Positions 45,960 to 55,657 of a stretch of DNA of 64,000 bases are shown here, piece after piece. The position numbers and the translations under genes are program-made. The stretch comes from a virus, in IMG/VR virus record IMGVR_UViG_3300046796_000369; one strand, given 5' to 3'. Every line of letters begins with the position of its first letter. Positions within the stretch are counted from its first letter, which is position 1. Below the pieces are notes generated by a model. That model worked only from the letters and a program-made list of their open reading frames with translations. It did not search any database and was not told where the DNA came from.

Positions 45960-48113
45960 CTACGTCTTGATGATGTGGCGGATGATCATGGTCGGCTGGA
46001 CGTTGCTGATGTACTCCGCGTGAATGACCTGAAACGCGCCGGACGGCTCGCGCATGATGGACCCCCAGAAGCGCCCGCCGCCGCTGGCGGGATCGGGAGA
46101 GATGAAGGCCGAGCCATTCTGCGGGCTCGCGAAGTCCATCGTGTGCCTGTGCTCTGCGACGGCTTTTGGTGTTCCGGCTCCGCCGCTGTCGTCACTCGCG
46201 TTTGGCGCGTCGGATGTGCCGACGACTCGCACAGAGCCGTACACGTTGCCCCAGATGCCTGAATTGGCAATCGAATGGGCCCACACGCTGCCGAAGCTCG
46301 AACTTCCTCCCGACACCTGAATGTCGGTGCCGTCGTCGCGCTTTAGCTGGATCGTTGCCTGATCGTACTGGACGCCGCCCGTGGTGCCGACAATCCATGA
46401 ATTGGGGAAGAACGGCGTGTCGAGCAGACGAGGATCGGAAGGCGTGGCGGTCTCGCCCGCGCGCGTATCCGCACCCGCCAGCACACGACCGCGCGTATCG
46501 GGCAGTCTGAATTGTCCCTTGGTATCATCGAGCGGTGATCCGGGATCAGGAACTTGCGGACCGAACTGCTGACCGATGACGGCCCACAGTTCTGGATAGA
46601 GAAGTTTATCAGCCAGCGTACCGTCGCACAGCAGCCACGCCTTCTTGGGAGGAGTCGTGCCGGGCATGTCGGGCGGCAGGTTGATGCCGCCGTAGGCCAG
46701 CATGGTGCCCGTGGGGATCAGCAGGTTGAGCCGCGCGAGGATATCTATGATCTGCGCGCTGTTGATGTAGATGTCCTGCTCGCTGGCAGAAATCGTTCGA
46801 CCCTTGCTGTCCAGCTTGATGCGGGGAACCTTGGTGGGCAGCAACGGCAAAAGAGGATCGGTCGGCTGAACGACTCCACCGTAGAACGTGTCGGGTGTCA
46901 CGGTCGGCACCGCGGCAAGACCGACTGACCCGGTGCTGACGATGCCTGTAGCAAGAGGAGTCGTCACAGTCTCTCCGGTCACACCCGTGACGGACGTGAC
47001 GGTGCCGGTGGCGGCCGAGAAGGCGATGTTCATCGTCCCGCCTAGATTCCGCAGGATCGAATAATGGCCGGGGAGTACGAGGTCTGTCGTATCCGCCGAT
47101 GACCCCCTGAAGCCAAGAGTGAAGGGTCCTGACGTGCCGTTGTAGACGAAGTAGAAACCATCCTGCGAGCCGTACTGGATGACCATGTTCTTGGTCAGGG
47201 TGCCTTCAAAATTCTGAATCTGATTGGACAGATTGTCAGAAGACAGAGACATCACCCCGCTGCCGTCGGAAGAGTTGTCGACAACAGTGATCAGGTCGCC
47301 GTTCACCGAAGGCACGGCGACACGCCCGTGACCCATGGTCGTGAAGCCCGTGCCGTAGCAATAGACGATCAACGATTCGCCTGAGACCAGAACCTTGTCT
47401 GCCGCATCGTCAATCTGGTCTGGCGCAGTCGGCTGGAGCGTCAGGTCACCTGTTCCGCCGTTGATGACGACGACGAACCAGCCATTGCTGGCCATCAAGG
47501 GATCACTGGACGGAGATGATCCCAGTGAGGCGGCCGGGTCTATCGTGTAGATGGCCGCCGGGCCGGTATTGCGGAACACACGCGCTCGGCAATCCCAGTC
47601 CAGCCTGACCGGGCCGCTGCTGTTGCTGGTGATCAGGTTCTGGTCGAGAACTTCGTTGCGCGCCCGCAGGCCCATCCCGGCAAGCGCCGCGGCATTGGAG
47701 CCCGATGCCGAAGTGCCAAAGCGCACCGCACGCCACTTGCCAACGAACAGAGGAGCGCCAAGGCTGTCGACGTTGTCGGTCAGGTAGATATACCACTGCT
47801 GGCCGGGAGCAAGGGATAGAAGCTGCGTGCCATCCCGGTCGGCCACCGTGACGGCAACGGTGCCGATGTTGTTGAACAGGGCATCTTCACCGACGCTGAC
47901 CAGCGTGGCGTCGGGCATGCGCAGCGTGTAACCCAATGTCGTCGTCGTGACGTCGATCTTGTCGGCAACGACATTGGTTCCGTCGAGCGACTCGAACGGC
48001 CACTGCAGGACAACGGTCTTGTCGGGGAACGTCGCAGGCGTAAGCGTGTATAGCTTATAGGACAGATCGGCAGGATTGATGTTCTCGCCGCCGAAGACAT
48101 TCGTGTAGCTCAC
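45960..48113 (-). CDS. Tail fibre / baseplate protein with a phage tail-collar domain
   Basis: IPTGTMLAYGG..WLLCDG..YPELWAVIG..FRLPDTRGRVLAG. Confidence 0.8.
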   Translation of the reverse strand: MSYTNVFGGENINPADLSYKLYTLTPATFPDKTVVLQWPFESLDGTNVVADKIDVTTTTLGYTLRMPDATLVSVGEDALFNNIGTVAVTVADRDGTQLLSLAPGQQWYIYLTDNVDSLGAPLFVGKWRAVRFGTSASGSNAAALAGMGLRARNEVLDQNLITSNSSGPVRLDWDCRARVFRNTGPAAIYTIDPAASLGSSPSSDPLMASNGWFVVVINGGTGDLTLQPTAPDQIDDAADKVLVSGESLIVYCYGTGFTTMGHGRVAVPSVNGDLITVVDNSSDGSGVMSLSSDNLSNQIQNFEGTLTKNMVIQYGSQDGFYFVYNGTSGPFTLGFRGSSADTTDLVLPGHYSILRNLGGTMNIAFSAATGTVTSVTGVTGETVTTPLATGIVSTGSVGLAAVPTVTPDTFYGGVVQPTDPLLPLLPTKVPRIKLDSKGRTISASEQDIYINSAQIIDILARLNLLIPTGTMLAYGGINLPPDMPGTTPPKKAWLLCDGTLADKLLYPELWAVIGQQFGPQVPDPGSPLDDTKGQFRLPDTRGRVLAGADTRAGETATPSDPRLLDTPFFPNSWIVGTTGGVQYDQATIQLKRDDGTDIQVSGGSSSFGSVWAHSIANSGIWGNVYGSVRVVGTSDAPNASDDSGGAGTPKAVAEHRHTMDFASPQNGSAFISPDPASGGGRFWGSIMREPSGAFQVIHAEYISNVQPTMIIRHIIKT

Positions 48114-48772
48114 GATGAACTCCTGCTCTGCGCCCGGTCACTGGCCTTGGCGACATCCTGCATATTGATATTATTAAACTCGTCGTCGGCCATCGATTTC
48201 CACAAACCCATGCGCGAGTCGTTCTTAATGAAAGGCTCCAGCGCCTTGAGGCATTCGTAGAGCAGCATGTTGGGCGTGAACTGCGTCAAATAGTTTTGTT
48301 GATTAGTCTCCCCAAGGAGGTCTGGAAGCCGGTAAACGATGGCCTCGAAGGGATAGTCATTCGTCGGGACAGGACCGACAATCCAGTGGGTCTGGCTGTA
48401 GTCGGCATAGAATTTAGGCTGGCCCTTGTGGTTGTCGTTGGGATAGAGCGCACGGAGATACTCGTAGCCGCGGGCACGGAGCGTAACGCGCTCGTTGTGG
48501 TCGTAACCGGTTCCGATGTTGATCGATACTGTATTACGCCATCCTTCAGGTTTCGGAATAGTGGGCTTGGATGAATGTATCTTGGAGGTGAGGACATCAC
48601 GGTACCCCTGAATTTTCAGCTTGTCGGCGAGCGACCGCTCTGCCCGATTGACGATGTAGGGCATCTGGTAGTTGACCGTCTCGTCCTCACCACCGCCGCG
48701 CTCGACATACTGGCGCAGCGTCGTGATCAGGTTCTGATAAGTCATCCCGGTCGGAGCGAGGGGTGTCGCCAT
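48110..48772 (-). CDS. Head-tail adaptor
   Basis: MTYQNL...YV.R...AE..L..PKFYA...GPVP..Y...LLY..L.A.PFIKND.R..W. Confidence 0.7.
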   Translation of the reverse strand: MATPLAPTGMTYQNLITTLRQYVERGGGEDETVNYQMPYIVNRAERSLADKLKIQGYRDVLTSKIHSSKPTIPKPEGWRNTVSINIGTGYDHNERVTLRARGYEYLRALYPNDNHKGQPKFYADYSQTHWIVGPVPTNDYPFEAIVYRLPDLLGETNQQNYLTQFTPNMLLYECLKALEPFIKNDSRMGLWKSMADDEFNNINMQDVAKASDRAQSRSSS

Positions 48773-49059
48773 CAATCACCTTCCCGAAGCCAATCCTCAA
48801 CATCGGGCCCACTTTCGAGTCGTTGGTCGGGCCGATGAAACGGCAGCGTGATCGGATCAGGTCGCCTTGCGGGAAGTCGATAAACGTCGTATTTATCGAT
48901 ACACCCTTCTGCAAGGTTCTTACACACCTTCAATCCGGGGGCATTGGGATCGCTCATCAACTCAGTAAGACTGCGCTTCGTCTGGCATCTATCACACGTT
49001 CCCACGCCCAGTGTGCTGTAGCCCCGCGTATCAAGAAACTTAGAGGTACTGCCCGACAT
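48772..49059 (-). CDS. Conserved Cys-containing morphogenesis-cluster protein
   Basis: CDRC..MSDPNAPGLKVC...D.Y.LPAR.PDPI.L.F.RPD; ATG 49059. Confidence 0.7.
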   Translation of the reverse strand: MSGSTSKFLDTRGYSTLGVGTCDRCQTKRSLTELMSDPNAPGLKVCKNLAEGCIDKYDVYRLPARRPDPITLPFHRPDQRLESGPDVEDWLREGD

Positions 49060-49594
49060 GACTGCCCCCCACGACCCCAAAGGACGAGATCAGATCAAAA
49101 TTCCCTGCGCGACCTGTGGAACCGCCGTCATCCGAGGACGAACGCATCATACGTGGTTCAAGACCAACCGGGGCCATCTTAAAGTATTCTGCTCCCGCAT
49201 TTGCCGCCACAACAGAGGCACCACCGCTCCACGAATCGCCATCAAGTGCCCGTTCTGCAAAACCATATTCGAGCGTAGAAAACGCGAGCGCGACAACGCC
49301 CAACGACTCGGACGAAAAATGTTCTGCTCTCGTGGCTGCCTCAACGGATACTACAAACGAACCAAGACCGGAAAATACCGGGAAACCACCAGAGAGGACG
49401 GGTCCAGAGTTCTCGACCACAGGCATGTCATGGAAAAGCATCTCGGTCGTCGCCTCACTCGGTTAGAGCTAGTCCACCACAAAAACGGAAACAAAAAAGA
49501 TAATCAACTGTCAAACCTAGAAGTAGTCACTCACAAAGAGCATTCCAATATTCATCGCAACTATGCCGTGTATGCTCCTAAGCCCATGTCGTAG
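49058..49594 (+). mobile_element. HNH endonuclease inserted antisense in the morphogenesis operon
   Basis: Zinc ribbons plus HRHVMEKHLGR...VHHKNGNKKDNQLSNLEVVTHKEH; AT-richer than its flanks. Confidence 0.88.
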
Positions 49595-50652
49595 TTGGTC
49601 GGGCTGGGATCGCGCTCCTCGCCCTCGGCCAGTTCAACTTCTTCAGCCTCTTCCTGACGCAGCATCTTGTAACGACTCACGTCTGCCTCGGCCAAAGACC
49701 GGCAAAGCCGCCGCGCCAGCATGGCCGTGATCGCATCGTACCAGCGGCGTGGCACATCGATGTCCTGCGTCGGCGCACTGATCGTATCGAGGTACTCCTG
49801 CGCCCAGACGCAGAGATGATCATACTTGAACGGCGAACTCGTAACCGGCCACATCAGCAGGTAAGGGCCGTTCAGGTCGCGTTGCTGGTAGTAGTTCACA
49901 GGCGTGCCCGGAGAGGTCTTGTTGGGCATCGCGTTGTATTCGTCGAGGTTCCACGGCTCGATGACGATTTCGCTTGGCGTATGGCCGAAGAACACCTGCT
50001 GCACTACCAGCTTCACCGGAGCCTGTATGGGATCGCTGACCGGCACCTCGGCACGAATCCGCCAGCCCTTGGCCGGACGAGAGCCGTCGAGGTCGAACCA
50101 CACCCACTGATCGAGATGCGCGACGCCCTCGATGCCGCCGGGCAACGGCTGCCAGTTGATCCCGTCATCGGAGACGTCGACGAACAGCGTGTGGTTTATC
50201 TCGACACCGTACTTCACGCCAACCGTGGTGATCTGGACCGGCTGATCGAACACCATGCCGATGGAGCCGTTGATGTCGGTCTGCTGGCACACCGTGTCGA
50301 GGTCATCGTCGAACGCCAACGCCGGATCACCGCCCTTGTCGCTGAAGGGCACACCATTGTTCGCCCGCGCCAGCGTGCGCCGCGTGACCTTGGAAACGAC
50401 GTTGATTCCGTCCGGCAGATTGACCCGGTTGCTGTTCACGTAGAACGGCAGGATGTAACGCTGTCGCTTCCATAGCTGGATGCCGCGGTTCATCAGCGCC
50501 GGGAATATGAGGTTTAGCTGGTCGAGAGATTTTTCGACAATCTCAGACGTAAGCTGAACTGGCTTGATCCCGCAACGACTCGTCGCCTCCTCGATCATCT
50601 CTTGGGCGGTATAGGGCCGAAGCGCGCCCGTATTGCTGCCGGAGGTGGCCAT
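49561..50652 (-). CDS. Head-tail connector / tail tubular A-like protein with a discoidin-like insert
   Basis: MATSGS..IEEA..RCG..A..LNL...NRGIQLW; Y..MPNK...P..YY.QR; P.RW..AI...LA..L. Confidence 0.7.
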   Translation of the reverse strand: MATSGSNTGALRPYTAQEMIEEATSRCGIKPVQLTSEIVEKSLDQLNLIFPALMNRGIQLWKRQRYILPFYVNSNRVNLPDGINVVSKVTRRTLARANNGVPFSDKGGDPALAFDDDLDTVCQQTDINGSIGMVFDQPVQITTVGVKYGVEINHTLFVDVSDDGINWQPLPGGIEGVAHLDQWVWFDLDGSRPAKGWRIRAEVPVSDPIQAPVKLVVQQVFFGHTPSEIVIEPWNLDEYNAMPNKTSPGTPVNYYQQRDLNGPYLLMWPVTSSPFKYDHLCVWAQEYLDTISAPTQDIDVPRRWYDAITAMLARRLCRSLAEADVSRYKMLRQEEAEEVELAEGEERDPSPTNYDMGLGAYTA

Positions 50653-50664
50653 GGAAGACTCCTA

Positions 50665-50958
50665 TCAGACAAGCCCCGTCACTGTGGCGGTGGCCGTGGT
50701 TCCGGTTTTGGTCGCCCGAAGATAGGCGATAGGGCCCTCGATCAGAAGACCACCGGTTGCTGTCAATGCGGCGGCCATCGGTGCCCAGCTTAGGCCGTCC
50801 ATCGAGCCCTCGATGAGAACCGTGTCGGGCGCGGTGATCGCCGACAAAAAGATTCTGCGCTGCTGAACCGATGAGTGCCGCCAGTCGCATGCGATTGGCG
50901 TGCCCGCTCCTGCTGCGCTCTGGCTCAGAAGCGTGGCCTGAGTATAGCGAATACTCAT
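50665..50958 (-). CDS. Small virion structural protein
   Basis: Beta-rich 97 aa downstream of the major capsid gene. Confidence 0.6.
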   Translation of the reverse strand: MSIRYTQATLLSQSAAGAGTPIACDWRHSSVQQRRIFLSAITAPDTVLIEGSMDGLSWAPMAAALTATGGLLIEGPIAYLRATKTGTTATATVTGLV

Positions 50959-51007
50959 AGCGCGTCCTTTCATTGTTAGCTGGAACTGCCAGCCCAGTCA
51001 GCAGGGG

Positions 51008-51055
51008 GTGGCGCGGCAAATCAGGGCGACTGCTGACCCTGACTCACCGCGCCAC
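51008..51055. other. Long stem-loop downstream of the major capsid gene
   Basis: GTGGCGCGG..TCAGGG-loop-CCCTGA..CCGCGCCAC; no U-tract. Confidence 0.55.
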
Positions 51056-51085
51056 TGTCCGCGCGAGGTAGAGCGCAGGACCTCT

Positions 51086-52036
51086 TTACTGTCCCGGTGT
51101 ACCGAAGACGGTGCGGAAGTTCGTCCAGCTTGTATCCCAGCGGCTGGTGACCTTGTAGCGCATGCTGTCGGTCTCGAAATCGCCTTCCATGCTCTTCTGC
51201 GCCATGCGGCGCGTCAGGAACTGCAGGCCCATGCGTTCGTCGGTATTGATCCACCACGCCGTGGGGGACGTCAGACGGGTGATGACGCAGAAGCCCTTGG
51301 GGAGAATCTTCAGCGACATGATGGGGTTGATGTCGTTCACGGCGTATGTCGCCGAACCGGGTCCGGCACTTGTGCTGCTTGTGCGCAGCGCCGACTTGGT
51401 GATGACCTCGGCTTGGAACTCGTTGTCAGGCGAGACGACAAGGCACAACGGATTGATGCGCACCCGCTTCTGATCGTTGTCCATCGACTTGCGAATCTGG
51501 ATCAGCAGCGCCTCGACGCTGGTCTGAGACAGCGCCGCCGGAGTCGGCAGGACGTTCGACATCACGCCGCCCATGATCGGATGGGACGAGTTGACGAGAG
51601 ACACGCCGTCGCCGCCGAGATAGGGCGAAGAATTGGTGAACGAGAAGTTGAGGACGTTGGCGGTCGCCGTCTCCTCGGTCTCGACCATCGCCTGACCAAG
51701 CTGCTCGGAATAGATTTTTCCGAGGTTGATGTGATCACCGTCCTCGACGAGGACCTTCGTCATGGCGAAGGCGGCACCGTACTGCTTGTAGATGTAGCGC
51801 TTGTTGAACAGCACGCCGCCCTGTTTGTACTGGACGCCCGTGCCGTCCGGCATCTGCGGTGCAGAGCCAAGACCGAACATGACCGGCTCTTCGTGATAGG
51901 CGCGAGGCGTGCCGGGCTTGGTGGTGAAAATCTGCTTGTATTCGTCCTTGCGCTGAGAATAAACACCGTCGAAGTGCTCATTCATGATCGGCTCAACGAT
52001 CACCCGGAATTGGGTGCTATTCATCGGAACAGCCAT
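51086..52036 (-). CDS. Major capsid protein (HK97 fold)
   Basis: F..I.EP..N..F.G.Y..EY..IF; AYHEE..M.G.G.A; YLGGDGVSL...HP; F.RR....EGDFETD.MRYK.T.R...WT..R..FGTPG. Confidence 0.9.
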   Translation of the reverse strand: MAVPMNSTQFRVIVEPIMNEHFDGVYSQRKDEYKQIFTTKPGTPRAYHEEPVMFGLGSAPQMPDGTGVQYKQGGVLFNKRYIYKQYGAAFAMTKVLVEDGDHINLGKIYSEQLGQAMVETEETATANVLNFSFTNSSPYLGGDGVSLVNSSHPIMGGVMSNVLPTPAALSQTSVEALLIQIRKSMDNDQKRVRINPLCLVVSPDNEFQAEVITKSALRTSSTSAGPGSATYAVNDINPIMSLKILPKGFCVITRLTSPTAWWINTDERMGLQFLTRRMAQKSMEGDFETDSMRYKVTSRWDTSWTNFRTVFGTPGQ

Positions 52037-52145
52037 CTGAGGCTCCCAAAGTATCCTATCGTTCTAAGCGCCAGTCACTCAGAGGCAGCGCGACCCCTCA
52101 TGAAAGATCGGGGTGTTTCATGTGAAACACCCCGGAGGTCTGCTG

Positions 52146-52703
52146 CTAGACTGTTGGGTTCCTAGATGCGATCTGCACCAGAATCCTCGTGAAGGCGTCG
52201 CCCCATGCGTTGTCTGCGTAGAGCGCCAGACCAACGATGATGAAAGTGCCAGCAGTGGCGTCGGTGCCAACATCCAGCGCCTGCGTGGAGAAGCCGGTGA
52301 AGGTCGAACCGCTGGTCGCAGCGCCGCTCACGTTGGCACCGCCGCCCATCTTGGAGGCAACTACGGAGCCCACTGACTGGCCCTCGTAGATGATGTCGGG
52401 GTCCATCGTGTACTTCGCGATCATCGTCCCCGCGTCGTAGGTCTGACCGGCCGGGAAGTAGGGCAGGACAAAGCGCTTGCCCGCGGCGCTGAACTCACAG
52501 CCCTGAAAGACGCCGATGCAAGTACCAGCGACGCCCGTTGTGAAGATGAGGGTGCCATCGGTCGTGCGGGTGACCGGCGTGCCGGTGAAGAGGCTGGACG
52601 TATAGCCGGAGGCAATACCGTCGATCTGGTTTTCGATGCGGATGATGCCGGACGGATGTCGGGACGGAACGAGCCCATAGGGGGCTGCGGGTGTACCGCT
52701 CAT
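52146..52703 (-). CDS. Capsid decoration / cement-like protein
   Basis: APYGL.P..H.SG..R..IASGY...F.G.PV..G.F.GCE; directly upstream of the capsid gene. Confidence 0.65.
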   Translation of the reverse strand: MSGTPAAPYGLVPSRHPSGIIRIENQIDGIASGYTSSLFTGTPVTRTTDGTLIFTTGVAGTCIGVFQGCEFSAAGKRFVLPYFPAGQTYDAGTMIAKYTMDPDIIYEGQSVGSVVASKMGGGANVSGAATSGSTFTGFSTQALDVGTDATAGTFIIVGLALYADNAWGDAFTRILVQIASRNPTV

Positions 52704-53047
52704 GGAGCACTCCCAGAGGTTTGATGTGAACGACTAGGCGCGACTCGACTAGCGAGTGTTTCGCCTGCTCCGTTCCGACACCAAGACCCCGCGCGGTTAA
52801 ACCCGAACCAACTGGCTACAAGGACTCCGTCCGCGCGAGCGGCAACCTCCTACGAGAGTGGGCCGAGACTATGCTCGGCCCACCTGAGTCGTCAAGACGC
52901 TGAGTCGTTTTGCGCCTACACCAAAACACGTTTTTACCGAAGGTTGTTGGCCCGCTTGAAACTAAGCCACCTAGACATGTCGAGTCGTCGCCTGCCTCAA
53001 ACCCTCAGTTTTACCGACAGTTAATGCCACTCCGAAATGCCTTGACG
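52704..53047 (-). promoter_or_regulatory. 344-bp structured leader of the capsid operon
   Basis: Non-coding; three GAGTCGT copies, a hairpin GTGGGCCGAG/CTCGGCCCAC (52859-52884), and two GTTTT(T)ACCGA words. Confidence 0.5.
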
Positions 53048-53641
53048 TCAGACCTCGAACTGGCGGGCGGGCGGCCGGGACATGCGCTTGCGCATGTCCT
53101 CCATGCCCTCATCAAGCGTGACCTTGCCGCCAGCATCCTTGGCGCGGGACGCGGTCTCGTCGAGGTTCTGGTATATGCCCTGAGCCTGCTCGTAGGGCTG
53201 GTCGTGATGAAACTCCCGCATGTATTCGACGAAGTCTGCGACCGAGCATTCCATGGCGACCATTTCGCGCCACATCACCGCGCCCATGAAGTGGCCTTCC
53301 TTGATGGAGTCCACGTCGGCGGCCCAGCCATCCTTGTTGACGTCCTCGTAGCGCACGAACCGGTATCCGTACCGTTTGCGGCGCAATGGCGTGTCGCTTG
53401 GATGGGTCGTCGACACCCAGCAGCGATGCCAACCCGCCGTGGCGGGCAGATTCGGCAGGACGCTCTCGGACCACTTGGCGCGTATCGCCCGCCTGCGTTC
53501 CGGATCGGTCATCTCCATGTTCTGCTCACGCTCTTGCGTGGTCATTTCATGCTCGCTGTAGTTCTCGCCCTGCCGGGCGTAGTCCTCACGGTCACTGAGC
53601 CGGTCGTCCTCGACCGGGGTGTTCGTCGGTTCCTTGGCCAT
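53048..53641 (-). CDS. Conserved head-cluster protein
   Basis: LPNLPATAGWHRCWVST; the family sits between scaffold and capsid genes. Confidence 0.65.
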   Translation of the reverse strand: MAKEPTNTPVEDDRLSDREDYARQGENYSEHEMTTQEREQNMEMTDPERRRAIRAKWSESVLPNLPATAGWHRCWVSTTHPSDTPLRRKRYGYRFVRYEDVNKDGWAADVDSIKEGHFMGAVMWREMVAMECSVADFVEYMREFHHDQPYEQAQGIYQNLDETASRAKDAGGKVTLDEGMEDMRKRMSRPPARQFEV

Positions 53642-53643
53642 GG

Positions 53644-54759
53644 CTAATTCCTTTCCTGCGCATCGCGGCCCAGCCTGCGCTGTCCTTCATCCCAACTCTT
53701 GAGCAGGCGCGTGCGCTTGGCTTTCTGCTCCTCGGTCAGACCGGCAAGGTGGAGCAGTCCCTCGCTGTCGAGATAGTCTCGGGCCATCGGATCGAGCCTG
53801 AAGGTTCTTCCGGCGCTGCGACGACTCGTCTGGCTTCCACTCGTCGGTGGCCGCCCGCCATTGGCGCGACGCGCGGGCGCTTCACGGCGCGGCGGCGAAT
53901 TGTCGTCCTCCACATCGGCGTCGCCATCAGGAAGGATGCCGCGGCGCGCCAGCTTCTTCTCCAGCGTGATCCAGTATTGCTGGGTATTGGAGCGGTAACC
54001 CTCGGCCGCGACCGAGTCGTCGATGGCCTTGATGATCAGTGTTCGTTCATCGGTTCCCTGCGGATCGAAATCGAATCGATCCATGAAGGTCTCGGTGAAG
54101 TCCTGCGTCTTCTGGTCGAGATTGGATTGCGGCGGCTGGGACTGCGTTCCATTGGGCATCTGGCGCGGTCTGCCGCCCTGAGACATCTCCTGCTGAATGC
54201 CCTGTCGCGTGCGCGCAAGCTGCCACACGCGCCCCTGCGCCTCGTTCTTGAGGCCCAGCAATTCGTCGTAGCGCGCAAGGTCGCCCGCCAAAACGGCTTT
54301 CTTGATTTCGACCTCGGCCAAGGTCAGCGCCTGCTGCGCCGCGCCTAGCTGGGTGTCGATGTTGTTGATGGTCAGCCCGACTTGGTTCTGACCCATCGAG
54401 TTGATCATGCCGGTCAGGTGATCGACCTTGGCATTGAGGTGATCGATGATCTGATCGCGCTGACCGACTACGGTCTTGCGCGCCCGGTTGCGGCGCTGAC
54501 GACGACTCACACCTCGCTCTTCGATTTCGTCGTCGTCCTGCACGTCATACGCCAGACGTGCGTCTTCCTCTATCTCGTCGTCGTCTCTGGCGCGCGACCG
54601 TCCCCCCGGTGGCGGCTTGGGGTCATCGAGTTCAACGTCGATTACTTCAGCCTTGTCTTTGCCACCGGGGATCAGGTTGTCCATGCCGCCAACCATTACG
54701 GTCGAGGCATCGCCCCCGCTTCCGGAAACCTCATCAATCTCTTCGCTTCGTCTCGCCAT
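53644..54759 (-). CDS. Capsid scaffolding protein
   Basis: Acidic N-terminus, long coiled coil, position upstream of the capsid genes. Confidence 0.7.
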   Translation of the reverse strand: MARRSEEIDEVSGSGGDASTVMVGGMDNLIPGGKDKAEVIDVELDDPKPPPGGRSRARDDDEIEEDARLAYDVQDDDEIEERGVSRRQRRNRARKTVVGQRDQIIDHLNAKVDHLTGMINSMGQNQVGLTINNIDTQLGAAQQALTLAEVEIKKAVLAGDLARYDELLGLKNEAQGRVWQLARTRQGIQQEMSQGGRPRQMPNGTQSQPPQSNLDQKTQDFTETFMDRFDFDPQGTDERTLIIKAIDDSVAAEGYRSNTQQYWITLEKKLARRGILPDGDADVEDDNSPPRREAPARRANGGRPPTSGSQTSRRSAGRTFRLDPMARDYLDSEGLLHLAGLTEEQKAKRTRLLKSWDEGQRRLGRDAQERN

Positions 54760-54793
54760 TTTAGACCCCCGCAGTCAGTTCAGTTCTGGACGT

Positions 54794-55294
54794 CTAGCTT
54801 GTGACTACAGACAACGGATCGGCCGTGACTTTACCAATCAGGTCGGTGTCCTTGCACATCATGAAGATTGCAAACTCGTCAGGCGTCTCTCCGCCCGGAA
54901 CAGGAACGACCCAACGGTCTCCCGCGTACATCGGCAGCCGGATGAAGTCGCCGGGATTGCACCAGTTGCCTTCGATCCACGGCGCGCCAGTCTGACGGTT
55001 TCTGAACGACGATGGGCCAAGCGACCGCACCAGTCCGGTCTGAACCCGGAACCTCTCGGCGTCTCGCACCTCGTCAGGAATGATCAGGCCGCCCTTGGTG
55101 AGTTTCCTCGGCGTCCGCAACTGGACGAGAACGAGATAACCGAACGGGATGATTCCGGGATCGACGTCGGGAAACGAGACCTTCAGAGCAGCCGTGTATT
55201 TTTTGCCCAACAGAGTATTGATGGCAGGGGCCTCGACAGGCACGCCGACAGAGCCTTTGGTCTTGTAGATAATGTTGTCCGGTATCGCATCCAT
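54794..55294 (-). CDS. groES: GroES-like co-chaperonin
   Basis: PFGYLVLVQ..TKGGLIIPD..GLVRSLGP..W..GDF....YAG. Confidence 0.8.
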   Translation of the reverse strand: MDAIPDNIIYKTKGSVGVPVEAPAINTLLGKKYTAALKVSFPDVDPGIIPFGYLVLVQLRTPRKLTKGGLIIPDEVRDAERFRVQTGLVRSLGPSSFRNRQTGAPWIEGNWCNPGDFIRLPMYAGDRWVVPVPGGETPDEFAIFMMCKDTDLIGKVTADPLSVVTS

Positions 55295-55300
55295 TGCAGT

Positions 55301-55501
55301 CTACCTCTTACGATCCTGTTGATTGGCTTCCTCTACCTGTTCCTCGATGCGCTCTCGCAGCATACGCAAGACAGTGAGCATCCCGGCGACGCGCCCAAAG
55401 CCGAAAGCGTTCCGACTGTCGTCACTGGGATGCTCAACCGCTTCTACCGCCTCATCGCGCAGTCCATCGATGAGGCGGTACAAAGCCTCTAGCTGAAACA
55501 C
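55301..55501 (-). CDS. Hypothetical protein
   Basis: 66 aa (Y...G...L pattern). Confidence 0.6.
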   Translation of the reverse strand: MFQLEALYRLIDGLRDEAVEAVEHPSDDSRNAFGFGRVAGMLTVLRMLRERIEEQVEEANQQDRKR

Positions 55502-55657
55502 CTACTTCACGTTCTTGGACGGAACATTCTTGGGGGCACCGTCGCCCTTGCCGAGATGAGACGCCGTCGCTTCCTGCAGCTTCTCGCCCGCAGCCAGCGA
55601 CTTGTGAAGATTGACCGGGCCTTTGGCGACACCGCCCTTTGAAATCTTATCGCTCAT
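55502..55657 (-). CDS. Small basic protein
   Basis: MSDKISKGG..PVNLHKSLAAG. Confidence 0.55.
   Translation of the reverse strand: MSDKISKGGVAKGPVNLHKSLAAGEKLQEATASHLGKGDGAPKNVPSKNVK

Noticed and set aside
43910-45970. Long opposite-strand ORFs (also 5692-7041, 17526-18644, 20632-22029, 26534-28027, 39969-41411, 57133-58326)
   Set aside because: They are antisense shadows of well-supported genes in GC-rich DNA, with no motifs or RBS.
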